Made by a program: the position numbers and the translations under genes. 64,000 bases of DNA, from contig OY782677.1 in assembly GCA_963677975.1 (NCBI GenBank), positions 710,774 to 774,773 on the forward strand, given 5' to 3'. The notes beneath the pieces are model-generated. The model saw nothing but the letters and a program-made list of their open reading frames with translations, searched no databases and was not told where the DNA came from. The DNA comes from Bacteroidales bacterium. Lineage in GTDB: Bacteria > Bacteroidota > Bacteroidia > Bacteroidales > UBA4417. This document shows, piece by piece, positions 18,820-28,879 of the stretch (position 1 is its first letter; the number at the start of each line of letters is the position of its first letter).

Positions 18820-20382
18820 TTAACCGTAAGTTCCGGCTCCCCGCAGGTTATCGTGTTGCGGCAGACTGTAATCAATGGATATTTGCAGCGGTTGTTTGTC
18901 CAGGCATTTTTCAAGGATACTGTTTAGAGTACCATAGGTTACTTTCCCATTGTAGGACAAAGCCCTGGCACATGCTGCTTCAAGCCTGAGCTTTCCATAT
19001 TTGTCGGCTAAGCGTATTATTCCTATGCATGAACGATAAGTTTGTTCTTTAAAGATCTTCTGTTTTAAGACTTCACGGATGGCCGCCACTGTGTTTTCAC
19101 CGATTGTGGTAGATTTCTTCAAAAAATATTCTTCATCCCAGCCTCGCTGTTCTGTATAATGCTTATGGTTGGCAGGCATATGCTCATCAAGGGTTGAATA
19201 AGTATTACTACGGGTATCCCGCCAATGCGAAGCGATACGTTGTTGGTTAAGGTAAATCTCTACGTTTTCAGTATCATAAACCAGGCTTACCTGCTTACCG
19301 ATATATTGATGGGGAACACTGTAAAAATGTTTGTCTTCGCCCAGCATCACATGATAGTTCTTTGCTACTTTGGCTGATCGGGTTGACTTGGGAACGAAAG
19401 CTTCCTGTGGCAATGGTCGCAGCAATGGGTGCTCCAGGCTTATAAATTTATCATATCGACTGTAATCCCGACTCTGATATTTACTGTGATTGAGTTTATC
19501 TGTTTTTTCTAAAAGGGCTTTGTTTAATTCAATCAAAGAGTGAAAGTGCTCGTTACGAAGCGGAGCATATACCCGATAATAAGCTGTGTTAACACTACTT
19601 TCAACCCCGGCTTTATCGCGTGGTTTGGCTACCCGGGTAGCTGTGAGCGTAGTGTTGTAATGTCCGGACCATTGCTGGGCATATTCATCAAACGATGGCT
19701 CATAACGGTTTGCTTTTTTTACAAACTGTTTCATGTTGTCGGTACGTACCATATACGGAACTCCGCCAAAATACTCCAATGCCCTGCCTAGTGCGGCTAT
19801 CAGCCAGGGCCGTTGCTGTGATGGCAATGCTTCAATGTAGGTGTATCCTGAACAGGGCAACCGGCATACCAATACAACAGATTTTATAATTTCACCTGAT
19901 TGTTGATTAACATAGTTAATCGTATCGCCGGCAAAGTCAAACTCCATTAACTCGGCTGGTGGATGGTCAAAGTGCATAACAGCGTTCCTGCTATCCTGAT
20001 ACCGTTTCAGTAAATCACAAAACTGAGAACGGCTATACCCGCCAGGAACTTCTTCTCGGTATTCTTCCCACAATATCTGTTTTGTTGTTTTCTTGTTCTT
20101 TAACTGCTCCGTGAAGTATTTCACCCGCTGTTCAAAGTCAACATATTTGCTGTCTTTATCCGGCTCTGCTTTTACTGAAAGTACAGCTTCTGCAAGATCC
20201 TCATCATTTAACCGTAATAACTCCTTGTAGCTTCTTCCACAATGGTTTATACGAGTTACATACGCGCCCACCGTGTTCCGTGTCACATGCAATATCTCAG
20301 AAATCTGACGATTTGAAGAGCCTTGCTCTTTGAGTTGTAGTAGTCTTTTTATCAATAACATGGGTACAGGTTTATTCGCCAT
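18820..20382 (-). CDS. istA: IS21 transposase IstA
   Basis: N-terminal HTH, LWEEY...YSRSQFC, EFDFAG, TDNMK, PRDKAGVE, HFYSVP, C-terminal HDNLRG. Confidence 0.96.
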   Translation of the reverse strand: MANKPVPMLLIKRLLQLKEQGSSNRQISEILHVTRNTVGAYVTRINHCGRSYKELLRLNDEDLAEAVLSVKAEPDKDSKYVDFEQRVKYFTEQLKNKKTTKQILWEEYREEVPGGYSRSQFCDLLKRYQDSRNAVMHFDHPPAELMEFDFAGDTINYVNQQSGEIIKSVVLVCRLPCSGYTYIEALPSQQRPWLIAALGRALEYFGGVPYMVRTDNMKQFVKKANRYEPSFDEYAQQWSGHYNTTLTATRVAKPRDKAGVESSVNTAYYRVYAPLRNEHFHSLIELNKALLEKTDKLNHSKYQSRDYSRYDKFISLEHPLLRPLPQEAFVPKSTRSAKVAKNYHVMLGEDKHFYSVPHQYIGKQVSLVYDTENVEIYLNQQRIASHWRDTRSNTYSTLDEHMPANHKHYTEQRGWDEEYFLKKSTTIGENTVAAIREVLKQKIFKEQTYRSCIGIIRLADKYGKLRLEAACARALSYNGKVTYGTLNSILEKCLDKQPLQISIDYSLPQHDNLRGAGTYG

Positions 20383-21462
20383 TGTCTAAAGGGGTTTAAC
20401 CTTCAAACTTAAACCATGTTCCTGTACCTCTGGGTGGCTCACTTTGCGCCGGATTGTCAGGTGTTTTTTTGAAAAACAATCCAAAAATGATTCCTGAGTC
20501 TTTTAACGTGTCAAATTAAAGTGTCACGTTTTGCTCCGGATTTGGTGGCTCACTTTGCTCCGGATCGGTGTCACCCTTTCGTCCGGATTTGTGTCACTAT
20601 ATACTCCGGATTATTCACTTTTCAACTGAAATACAGAAAAAGAGTGATGTGCCAATTATTATTAAATTATCAAAAAGTAAATTCCTATTTTATTTTGCAT
20701 TAATCGACAACTTCGAAGCGGAGGGGCCTTTTATTTCTTTAAATGATTTAAAAAAGAATTCACTTATTTTTTCCTCAATCAAATTAAAAAAAAAGAGAAA
20801 TAGTCCTGAAAAGTTCAAATATTAAAGAAATTGCAGATTTAATTTTATATAAAGAAGGAAGCATATATGAAAAGGTTTTTAGTGAAGCTTTTAATCACAC
20901 ATTAGTTGGCAGAATATCGAAGCAAAAAGTTAAAGGAGTAAATTTCTTCAATCCAGAAATAGTTAAAATAATTGAAACAGTGTCAAAAAACGAAAAATCC
21001 GGGGTTTATTCTGCGCGGTTAGCCAAGCTTAATAAGTATACTGACCAATGGGTTGAGAAGGAAGAAGTAACTAATTATTTCCCTGACAACTGGTCTATTC
21101 ATCAATTATTTCATGAGTGTTACTTCGCTTTTAATAATAAGATACAGGTTTCAGACAGGATATACAAATCCCAGTCGATAAGTGGTATAATTGTTAAATT
21201 TGTAATTGATGAAAACGGGAAAATATTAACCTTCTTTCCAGAATTGAACGAAGAGAATAATGATTGCTCATTTAAAATAGTTTATAATTGAAATTAAATG
21301 GTCGGAATTGCAACAAAGAAAAATTTGCGCATCGAAGTGCCAGAAATTGCCTAATGTGTTGAAAGAAGATAACAGGAGAAAGACAGGAATCTGAATACCA
21401 CATTGACACTAATTGTTTAGCATCACATATTCGGTAATCGAAGTAAATAAATAGCAGATGAT

Positions 21463-22233
21463 ATGATAAGCGCTAATACTTTATTCCATTTTACTAGTTC
21501 AATTGAAAATATTCGAAGCATTTTAACAAACAACTTTTCCCCTCGCTACTGTTTAGAAAAGTTAGATTTTGTTGCTGGAGCTGAAATGGAAATTGGGATT
21601 CCAATGGTTTGTTTTTGCGACATTCCTCTATCTCAAGTAACACAGCACATTAACACTTACGGCTCATATGCAATTGGACTGAAAAAGGAATGGGCTCTTG
21701 CAAATGCGATTTCGCCGGTCATATATTTATACACTGAATCAAGAACAAACTATCTGCTTAACCAGTTATTTAAAACTTCAGTGCGCTTCGACCGAATTGA
21801 ACATTTATTAAAGAAACAAAAGACTGATAATGCCACGAAAGAAATTTTTGAACTATTATACCATTGTAAACCCTATAAAGGAAGCATGCGGCGCAAAGGT
21901 ACATTGCTGGAGAACATCACATTTTACAACGAGAGGGAATGGAGATTTGTTCCAAGTCTCGGAGACCTGGAGTTTATCAACCCTAGATTTTGTATTAGTA
22001 AGGATGAGTATGATAACAAAGTACGAAAGGCCGAATTTGATAAGAATTTATCTGGTTTTGTTATCCCATTTACGCCGTCAGATATCAAATACATCATAAT
22101 AAAAAATGAAACTGAAAGGTTGGAAGCTGTTGAATTAATTGAAGTTATTAAAGGAAGTATGTTTGATGCCCGACAATTAAGAGAACTAAGCTCAAAAATT
22201 CTTACTGTTGAGCAAATATTGGAGGATTTCTAA
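21463..22233 (+). CDS. AbiGi-family abortive-infection-associated protein
   Basis: ANTLFHFT...F.PRYCLE, PMVCFCDIPLSQ...H...YGSYAIGLKKEWA...SPVIY, FYNEREWRFVP, F.PSDIKYII. Confidence 0.85.
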   Translation: MISANTLFHFTSSIENIRSILTNNFSPRYCLEKLDFVAGAEMEIGIPMVCFCDIPLSQVTQHINTYGSYAIGLKKEWALANAISPVIYLYTESRTNYLLNQLFKTSVRFDRIEHLLKKQKTDNATKEIFELLYHCKPYKGSMRRKGTLLENITFYNEREWRFVPSLGDLEFINPRFCISKDEYDNKVRKAEFDKNLSGFVIPFTPSDIKYIIIKNETERLEAVELIEVIKGSMFDARQLRELSSKILTVEQILEDF

Positions 22234-22487
22234 ATTCTCTAATTAAGGCTTATAAATAAATTACCCTTCTAAGCGGGGTTGGTTGTGCCTCAAACAACAT
22301 CAAGAACTATTTGAGAAATTCGGTAAGAAAATAATTCCCGCTTCAGATATTGAGTCGACTAACCCTCAACCGGAATCCTTTGATAATCCTAATGATCAAA
22401 TATCTTTTTAGATTGGCATTTAATAACAATTTAAATCAACTTAAGAATAGTGATACAATAGCAATAATGAATATTACTGGTTCTTTA

Positions 22488-23447
22488 TCAATTTTTTCTT
22501 TTAGACAATCTTGATATCGTCAATGCTAAAACTAATGTAATCCATGTAACTCCAAGAAATACTTCAGATATAGCGATAGCTTTTGATAATGTTATGCACG
22601 GAACAATATCACCGTAACCAACTGTTGAAATTGTAACAACTGAAAAATAGAAAAAATCAAAGAAATGAGGAGTTGAAGGGAATCCATCACCCCCAAATGC
22701 ATAATTGTTATATTTCCAAATTGAAGCGTAGATTCCGGAATAAGACAATGTGATAAGTATGTACCCCAAAATAAAAAATATTCCAGAGATTCCTAGGACT
22801 TTAAAATCAGATAAAACAGCCCATCCGGAGAGTGTTAATTTTCTGGTAAAGAGCCCAAATTTCTTACCCAACCAAATGCCAAAAAGCCATAAAATCAAAC
22901 TTAAAATAATTACGATACCCCGCTGTAGGTTTGAGAAACTATATGTATTCATATTGCCAAAAAAAAGAAGCAGGACTACACCCAATAAAAAGACAAATGA
23001 CAAAGAACTTGGTATTTTAATAATTTTATCTGTACCCGTGTTTTTTGTCGAGGTCGCATTTTCAATTATTGATATTGTTGCGCCTAAACAAAAAGCGCTT
23101 ATAAATGAACCAATTATAATCAACCATATGTATTCTTTGAGTGTAAAAGAAAAACTAATTATTGATGGGAGGAAGGTTCCAAAACTAAATCCATAAAATG
23201 AGTCAACAACAAACCATAATAACCATTTATGCCAATTTAACAATGTATATTTATCTAAAAAGAATAAATAAACTATTAAAGCGAAGAAAAATCCAACTAA
23301 TGAACTTTCAATACCAATTCTGCCATTAATAAAATAAGTAATTGGCAATACAAGACAAGTGAAAATGGTAAAACGAATAATTAGTATTAAAATAGCAACC
23401 CAAATTAATCCAATCAGTTGCCTGACTTTATCTATTAATCCAGCCAT
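22488..23447 (-). CDS. Potassium-channel-family membrane protein (Ion_trans_2 pore at C-terminus)
   Basis: Several TM helices followed by FYFSVVTISTVGYGDIVP, which contains the canonical TVGYG filter. Confidence 0.85.
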   Translation of the reverse strand: MAGLIDKVRQLIGLIWVAILILIIRFTIFTCLVLPITYFINGRIGIESSLVGFFFALIVYLFFLDKYTLLNWHKWLLWFVVDSFYGFSFGTFLPSIISFSFTLKEYIWLIIIGSFISAFCLGATISIIENATSTKNTGTDKIIKIPSSLSFVFLLGVVLLLFFGNMNTYSFSNLQRGIVIILSLILWLFGIWLGKKFGLFTRKLTLSGWAVLSDFKVLGISGIFFILGYILITLSYSGIYASIWKYNNYAFGGDGFPSTPHFFDFFYFSVVTISTVGYGDIVPCITLSKAIAISEVFLGVTWITLVLALTISRLSKRKN

Positions 23448-23496
23448 ATGTTAATAAACGATTTGACTATTTGTATTGACAATAATCCGACAATCA

Positions 23497-26400
23497 TTAC
23501 ATATTCCTCCTATACTGCCCTCCCACCTCAAAAAGCGTCTGTGTTATCTGCCCCAGCGAGCAATATTTTGTGGCTTCTATAAGGCTTTCAAAAAGGTTGC
23601 CGTTATGCAGTGCCGAGGTGCGTAAGTTCTGAAGTTTTTCACTGCTTTCGGTTTCCCAGGTGCGGTGCAGGTTGTCGAGCATGTCAATCTGGTATTCCTG
23701 CTCGGATTTTGTAGCGCGTATTACCTGTTTCGGGATAATAGTCGGCGAACCTTTGCTCGAAAGGAAGGTATTTACACCCATAATCGGCAGTTCGCCAGTA
23801 TGTTTCAGGTGTTCATAATACAGCGATTCTTCCTGTATTTTTCCGCGCTGGTACATGGTTTCCATTGCGCCCAGCACATCGCCACGCTCGGTAATGCGGT
23901 CGAATTCGGCAAGCACGGCTTCCTCAACCAGGTGGGTAAGTTCTTCGATAATAAACGATCCCTGTATAGGATTCTGGTTTTTGGTCAGACCGAGTTCGTT
24001 GTTGATAATCATTTGTATGGCGATAGCCCGGCGCACCGATTCCTCGGTAGGAGTGGTGATGGCTTCGTCGTAAGCATTGGTATGCAACGAATTGCAGTTG
24101 TCGTAAACGGCGTACAGGGCCTGCAGGGTGGTGCGTATATCGTTAAAGTCAATTTCCTGTGCATGCAGCGAGCGGCCCGAAGTCTGAATATGATATTTAA
24201 GCATCTGCGAACGGGAATCGGCTTTGTAAAGTCCTTTCATGGCCTTGGCCCATATCAGGCGGGCAACGCGTCCCATCACCGAATATTCGGGATCAATACC
24301 GTTTGAAAAGAAAAACGAAAGGTTGGGTGCAAATTTGTCGATATCCATCCCACGCGAAGCGTAATATTCAACGTATGTAAAGCCGTTGGCCAGTGTAAAT
24401 GCAAGCTGGGTAATCGGATTGGCTCCGGCTTCGGCTATATGGTAACCCGAAATGGACACGGAATAAAAATTCCTGACATTATTTTCGATAAAATACTGCT
24501 GCACATCGCCCATAAGTCGGAGGGCGAAATCGGTGCTGAAAATGCAGGTGTTCTGTGCCTGGTCTTCTTTAAGGATATCAGCCTGCACGGTACCGCGGAC
24601 ATTCGATATGGTTTCGGCTTTTATTTTGTTATAAACATAGTCGGGTAATACCTGGTCGCCGGTAATACCCAGCAGCATGAGTCCCAGCCCGTTGTTACCC
24701 TGGGGTAATTTTCCCTGGTAGGAAGGCCTTTTGGTCCGGTGCTTTCGGTAAATGGCTTTGATTTTCCAGTCGATCTCATCTTCAAGCCTGTTTTTACGGA
24801 TATACAACTCGCATTGCTGGTCGATGGCGGCATTTAAAAAGAAACCGAGCATGGCAGGCGCAGGACCATTGATAGTCATCGAAACGGAAGTAGCCGGGTC
24901 GCAAAGGTTAAAGCCGGAATACAGTTTTTTGGCATCGTCGAGGCAGGCAACCGAAACGCCTGAATTACCTATTTTGCCGTAAATATCGGGCCGCCTGTCG
25001 GGATCGGCACCATATAAAGTTACCGAGTCAAAGGCGGTTGAAAGCCGTTTGGCCGGCATGCCCAGCGAAACATAATGAAAGCGTTTGTTGGTGCGTTCGG
25101 GGCCGCCTTCGCCGGCAAACATTCGGGTAGGGTCCTCGTTTTCGCGTTTGAAAGGATATAACCCTGCGGCATAAGGAAACTCGCCAGGCACGTTTTCGGT
25201 AAGGCACCAGTATAGTATATCACCCAGTCCTTGTATTTAGGCATGGCAATTTTTGGTATGCGCAGGTGCGACATCGATTCGGTATACGTCTGTACCTTTA
25301 CTTCCTTGCCACGGACCTGGTAGCTGTATGTATCCTTTTTCAGATGGCTGACTTTTCGCTGCCAGTCGTCGAGGAGGGTCTGGGATATGGGTGCGAGATG
25401 TTTCTGTGTTTCTTTATAATGCTTTTTGAGTTCCGAAGTAATCGTAGTTTGCGGGTTCTCGGGGGGCGAGGGGTGAGGGGCGAGCAGCGATTCGGGGCTG
25501 TGGTTAAGTTCCTCGATGGCGATATGAAGTCCATAAAGGCGGGTGGCGATGGCAGCCTGATCCGAAGCCCATTTGTTATAATTGCGTATGGTTTCGGATA
25601 TTTCGCTGAGGTAGCGGACACGCCGCGGCGGAATAATGCCTGCGATTTGCTCCATATCGTCCGATACCGTGAAATGTGAATTGTAACCCGCTCTTGTTTT
25701 GGTATTTATTTGTGCAATAAGTTCTTTATAAAGCAGGTTCACGCCATGATCGTTAAACTGCGAAGCCATAGTGGCAAAAACGGGCAGCTTCTCGGGATCG
25801 GTAGTAAACAGCATGCGGTTTCGGGCAAACTGCTTTCGCACATCGCGCAAGGCATCCATAGCTCCGCGTTTGTCCGATTTGTTCAGGGCAACAATATCAG
25901 CATAATCGAGCATATCGATTTTTTCGAGCTGGGTGGCGGCACCGTATTCGGGAGTCATCACATAGAGTGTTACATCGCTATAGTCAACAATTTCGGTATC
26001 CGACTGGCCTATTCCCGAAGTTTCGAGTATAACCAGGTCGAAACCGGCGTTTTTAACAATGCAGAGCGCGTCGGCTATATGTTTCGAAAGTGCCAGGTTG
26101 GCCTGGCGTGTCGCCAGCGAACGCATATATACCCGTGATGTATTAATGGCGTTCATCCGTATGCGGTCGCCGAGCAGGGCGCCGCCAGTTTTTCGTTTCG
26201 AAGGGTCAACGGAAATAATTGCAAGAGTTTTTTCAGGGAAATCGGCCAGGAAACGTCTTACAAGTTCATCCACCAGCGACGACTTTCCTGCTCCGCCTGT
26301 GCCAGTAATTCCAACCACCGGGGTTGTACCCGATGAACAACCATCCCGGAGTTCTGCCAGCAGGTTTTTTACTTCTGCCCTGTGGTTTTCGGCTGCCGAA

Positions 26401-26906
26401 ATCAATTGGGCTATGGCGTGATAATCGCGTTTCTGTATGTCGGATTTGGTTATTTTCAGATTTTTGCCTGTAGGATAATCGGATAATTCGACCACCTCGT
26501 TGATCATTCCCTGCAAACCGAGGTGGCGGCCATCGTCGGGTGAATAAATGCGTGTAATCCCATACGCCTGGAGTTCTTCAATTTCCTCCGGGAGGATAAC
26601 ACCACCTCCGCCCCCGAAAATTTTGATATGTCCGCACCCGCGTTCATTCAGCAGATCATACATGTACTTAAAATACTCCATGTGCCCGCCCTGGTAAGAA
26701 GTAATGGCGACGGCCTGTACATCTTCCTGTATGGCACAATCCACTATTTCCTGCACCTGCCTGTCGTGCCCCAGATGGATCACTTCCACCCCGGTACTTT
26801 GCAGTATCCGGCGCATAATATTGATGGCTGCATCGTGTCCGTCGAAGAGTGATGCCGCGGTAACTATACGGATGGGATTTTTCGGCTTATAAATATTGGT
26901 TTGCAT
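23497..26906 (-). pseudogene. icmF: Fused acyl-CoA mutase/GTPase (IcmF-type methylmalonyl-CoA mutase family) with a 1-nt frameshift
   Basis: The B12-binding motif FDGHDAAINIMRR and MeaB GTPase motif GTGGAGKSS are in ORF 25020-26906. The mutase barrel ([28 protein letters not shown]) is in ORF 23497-25191. Adding one C to CCC at 25223-25225 restores [21 protein letters not shown] (about 1136 aa). This may be a sequencing error. Confidence 0.85.
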
Positions 26907-27103
26907 GGGTGCAATGAATAGCTGATTACAATGATAGCCACAAATATAGAATTTTTTAGATATAATGACCGGGATAGGAATAATAAATTTCCCTGTATGC
27001 CGTTGGACATATTTTTTTGATATGCTGAAAAAAGTCAGTTTGTTACCTTTGTGTTTGGGGGTTTAAAGGAATGAAAACAATAAACCTGCACTATTGTTAT
27101 TCA

Positions 27104-27315
27104 TTTTTGTCCTTTTGTCATGACACAAAAGGACCAAAAAGTCTAGGCTTTATATAAATTTTACACATCTGTACGCCTCGGTAAAGGCACGCAAAACAAG
27201 GCTTGATACCATGGGTGCCATTGCCTTAAAGCAGGTGAAGCTGGTGTTTTGCTACACACATGCCTGCGCGGTTTACCTTCGGCTACATCTGTTGTAAAAT
27301 TTCTACAAGGCCGGT
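27104..27315 (+). ncRNA. Structured non-coding element, copy 1 (hairpin/pseudoknot plus long interrupted stem), possibly Flavo-1-like
   Basis: GTCCTTTTGT-CATGAC-ACAAAAGGAC, then CAAAAA GTCTAG GCTTTATAT. Long stem pairings: AAATTTTACA/TGTAAAATTT, GGTAAA/TTTACC, GCAAAAC/GTTTTGC. Closes with AAGGCCGGT. Confidence 0.55.
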
Positions 27316-27345
27316 CCTTTCAACATAAATTTCTTCATTAAAGAG

Positions 27346-27562
27346 ACCAGCCTTATAGGGTTTTAGTAGTTTTTTAAGGAAGGTTTTTCAGCGTTTGGCC
27401 TCTGTAGGCCATACAGAAGTGAGACATGGTCACTAACTATTTATTGTTCAAATTTTTCAAGTCGAACGGCTTGTATGGCGTGGCAAAAACCTGACGTAGA
27501 AAAACACTAAAACCATATAAAGCCTTGATTTTTGGATACCTTTTCATCAAGGAAAAGGTATT
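27346..27562 (-). ncRNA. Structured non-coding element, copy 2 (same architecture, opposite strand)
   Basis: Minus strand: ATACCTTTTC-CTTGAT-GAAAAGGTAT CCAAAA ATCAAG GCTTTATAT, with loop CTTGAT complementary to ATCAAG. Stems GGTTTTAGT/ACTAAAACC and AGGTTTTT/AAAAACCT. Closes with AAGGCTGGT. Confidence 0.55.
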
Positions 27563-27744
27563 TAAAATTGATAGAATAACCGGATATTTCTTCTGCAATT
27601 AGAATTCAAAAAAGCAAAAAAGCACATATATCAGAAACAGAGCGATAGAAAAAGACAAAAGCATCGAAAAACAATTCTGCTCTGATTTAAAGAGAATCAA
27701 CTATCAGAAAACGAGGGATGTGGAGATGGTTCTGAAGAATACAC

Positions 27745-28593
27745 TTACCTTGCCAGGGCTTCGGCAAGTTTAATTCTCTCCTTTACTTTTATGCCTTTCT
27801 CTGACATTTCGATTGTACAGCTTTCGTAATAAGCATCATGCTCAAAAAAGAGGATATAATTATTGGCGGCAGCCTCTTTCATAAAATCTTCCTTTTCGGT
27901 AAGCGAAATCAGAGGCCGCGTATCGTAACTCATAATGTAAGGCAAGGGCACATGGGCTGAGGTCGGGGTGGTATCGGCCATAAAAACCACGGTGTGTTTG
28001 CCTGTTTTAATAAACGGAATGGCTTGCCCTTCGGTATGCCCGTTAAAAATCCGGACTTCGAAACCGGGAATAAGTTCAAAAGCACCATCGAATAATTTGA
28101 GTTTGCCACTGTCGGCAACAGGCATCATGTTTTCGTGCAAAAACGAAGCTTTTTCGCGGCGGTTTGGACGTGTGGCCCAGTTCCATTGCGGTTTGCTGAG
28201 CCAGTGGGTTGCATTGGGAAATGTAAGTTCCCAGCCGGTATGATCGGAATTGTGTTTAACAGTACCTCCGCAGTGGTCGAAATGCAAATGGGTGAGAAAA
28301 ACATCCGTTATATCCTGTGGCTTAAACCCAACTTCAAGCAACGAACCCAACAGGCTGTACGTACCATTAAGGTAATAGTGTGAAAAGAATTTTTCATCCT
28401 GCTTCCCGCCTATTCCATTGTCGATGAGTATACGGCGGTCGCCGTCGACCACCAGCAGGCAGCGCATGGCCAGGTTGATAAGGTTGTTCTCATCGGCAGG
28501 GTAAACTTTGTTCCACATGGTTTTAGGAACAACACCGAACATGGCTCCGCCATCAAGTTTAAAATTACCGGTATGGATTGGGAATAATTGCAT
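27745..28593 (-). CDS. MBL-fold metallo-hydrolase (YtnP-like)
   Basis: FKLDGGAMFGVVPK..W, THLHFDHCGG (HxHxDH), GHT, FFEHD. Confidence 0.93.
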   Translation of the reverse strand: MQLFPIHTGNFKLDGGAMFGVVPKTMWNKVYPADENNLINLAMRCLLVVDGDRRILIDNGIGGKQDEKFFSHYYLNGTYSLLGSLLEVGFKPQDITDVFLTHLHFDHCGGTVKHNSDHTGWELTFPNATHWLSKPQWNWATRPNRREKASFLHENMMPVADSGKLKLFDGAFELIPGFEVRIFNGHTEGQAIPFIKTGKHTVVFMADTTPTSAHVPLPYIMSYDTRPLISLTEKEDFMKEAAANNYILFFEHDAYYESCTIEMSEKGIKVKERIKLAEALAR

Positions 28594-28879
28594 GTTATTG
28601 AATTATGGGGAGATAAAAATAACAAGAACTTAAGCAGAATGTTGGAATCATCCGAAAGTTTAAAATATGCTTTTTCGGAATTTGCCCCTGTGGACCTCTT
28701 TTTGCATCGAAATACATCTTTTTTTTTATGAGTTTATTGTTCTTATGTCCACATATTATTCGCCTGACTAATAATTAGTTGCGTTGTTAATGTTTAATTT
28801 GCTAAAATTATTTATTAACCGAACGGCTCACTTATGGGAATTTTATATTTAAATTAGTCAGCATCAAAAACCTGCTTTT

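Larger units (their letters stand above)
17854..20617 (-). mobile_element. Complete IS21-family insertion sequence (2764 bp)
   Basis: Termini TGAATATTCCGG...CCGGATTATTCA (TG...CA). Both ends carry several internal TCCGG-N-AAAGTGAGCCA-type repeats. There is a 6-bp target duplication CTTTTC at 17848-17853 and 20618-20623. It carries istA and istB. Confidence 0.96.
17810..21291 (+). pseudogene. EndoU-domain nuclease gene disrupted by IS21 and a +1 frameshift
   Basis: Removing the IS and one CTTTTC copy gives MISDFYYYILKAPFSTEIQKK... Removing one A from the A9 run (20786-20794) continues the frame into FNHTLVGRISKQKVKGVN...GVYSA...NYFPDNWS...SGIIVKFVIDENGKILTFFP, a bacterial EndoU pattern. Confidence 0.7.

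Noticed and set aside
20521-20825. ORFs 20521-20703 and 20568-20825 as independent genes
   Set aside because: They start inside the IS21 end. The second simply reads into the disrupted EndoU gene.
16346-22487. Integron-like attC sites between island genes
   Set aside because: The spacers (16346-16596, 21292-21462, 22234-22487) share no repeat or convincing RYYYAAC/GTTRRRY pairing. They look like decayed sequence, and the AAGCGGG...CCCGCTT pair near 22270-22343 is too weak to call.
26907-27562. Cobalamin riboswitch upstream of B12-dependent icmF
   Set aside because: I could not find the conserved B12-box/GGGAA core, and a TATATTTG promoter box lies at 26941-26948, between the structured elements and the gene.
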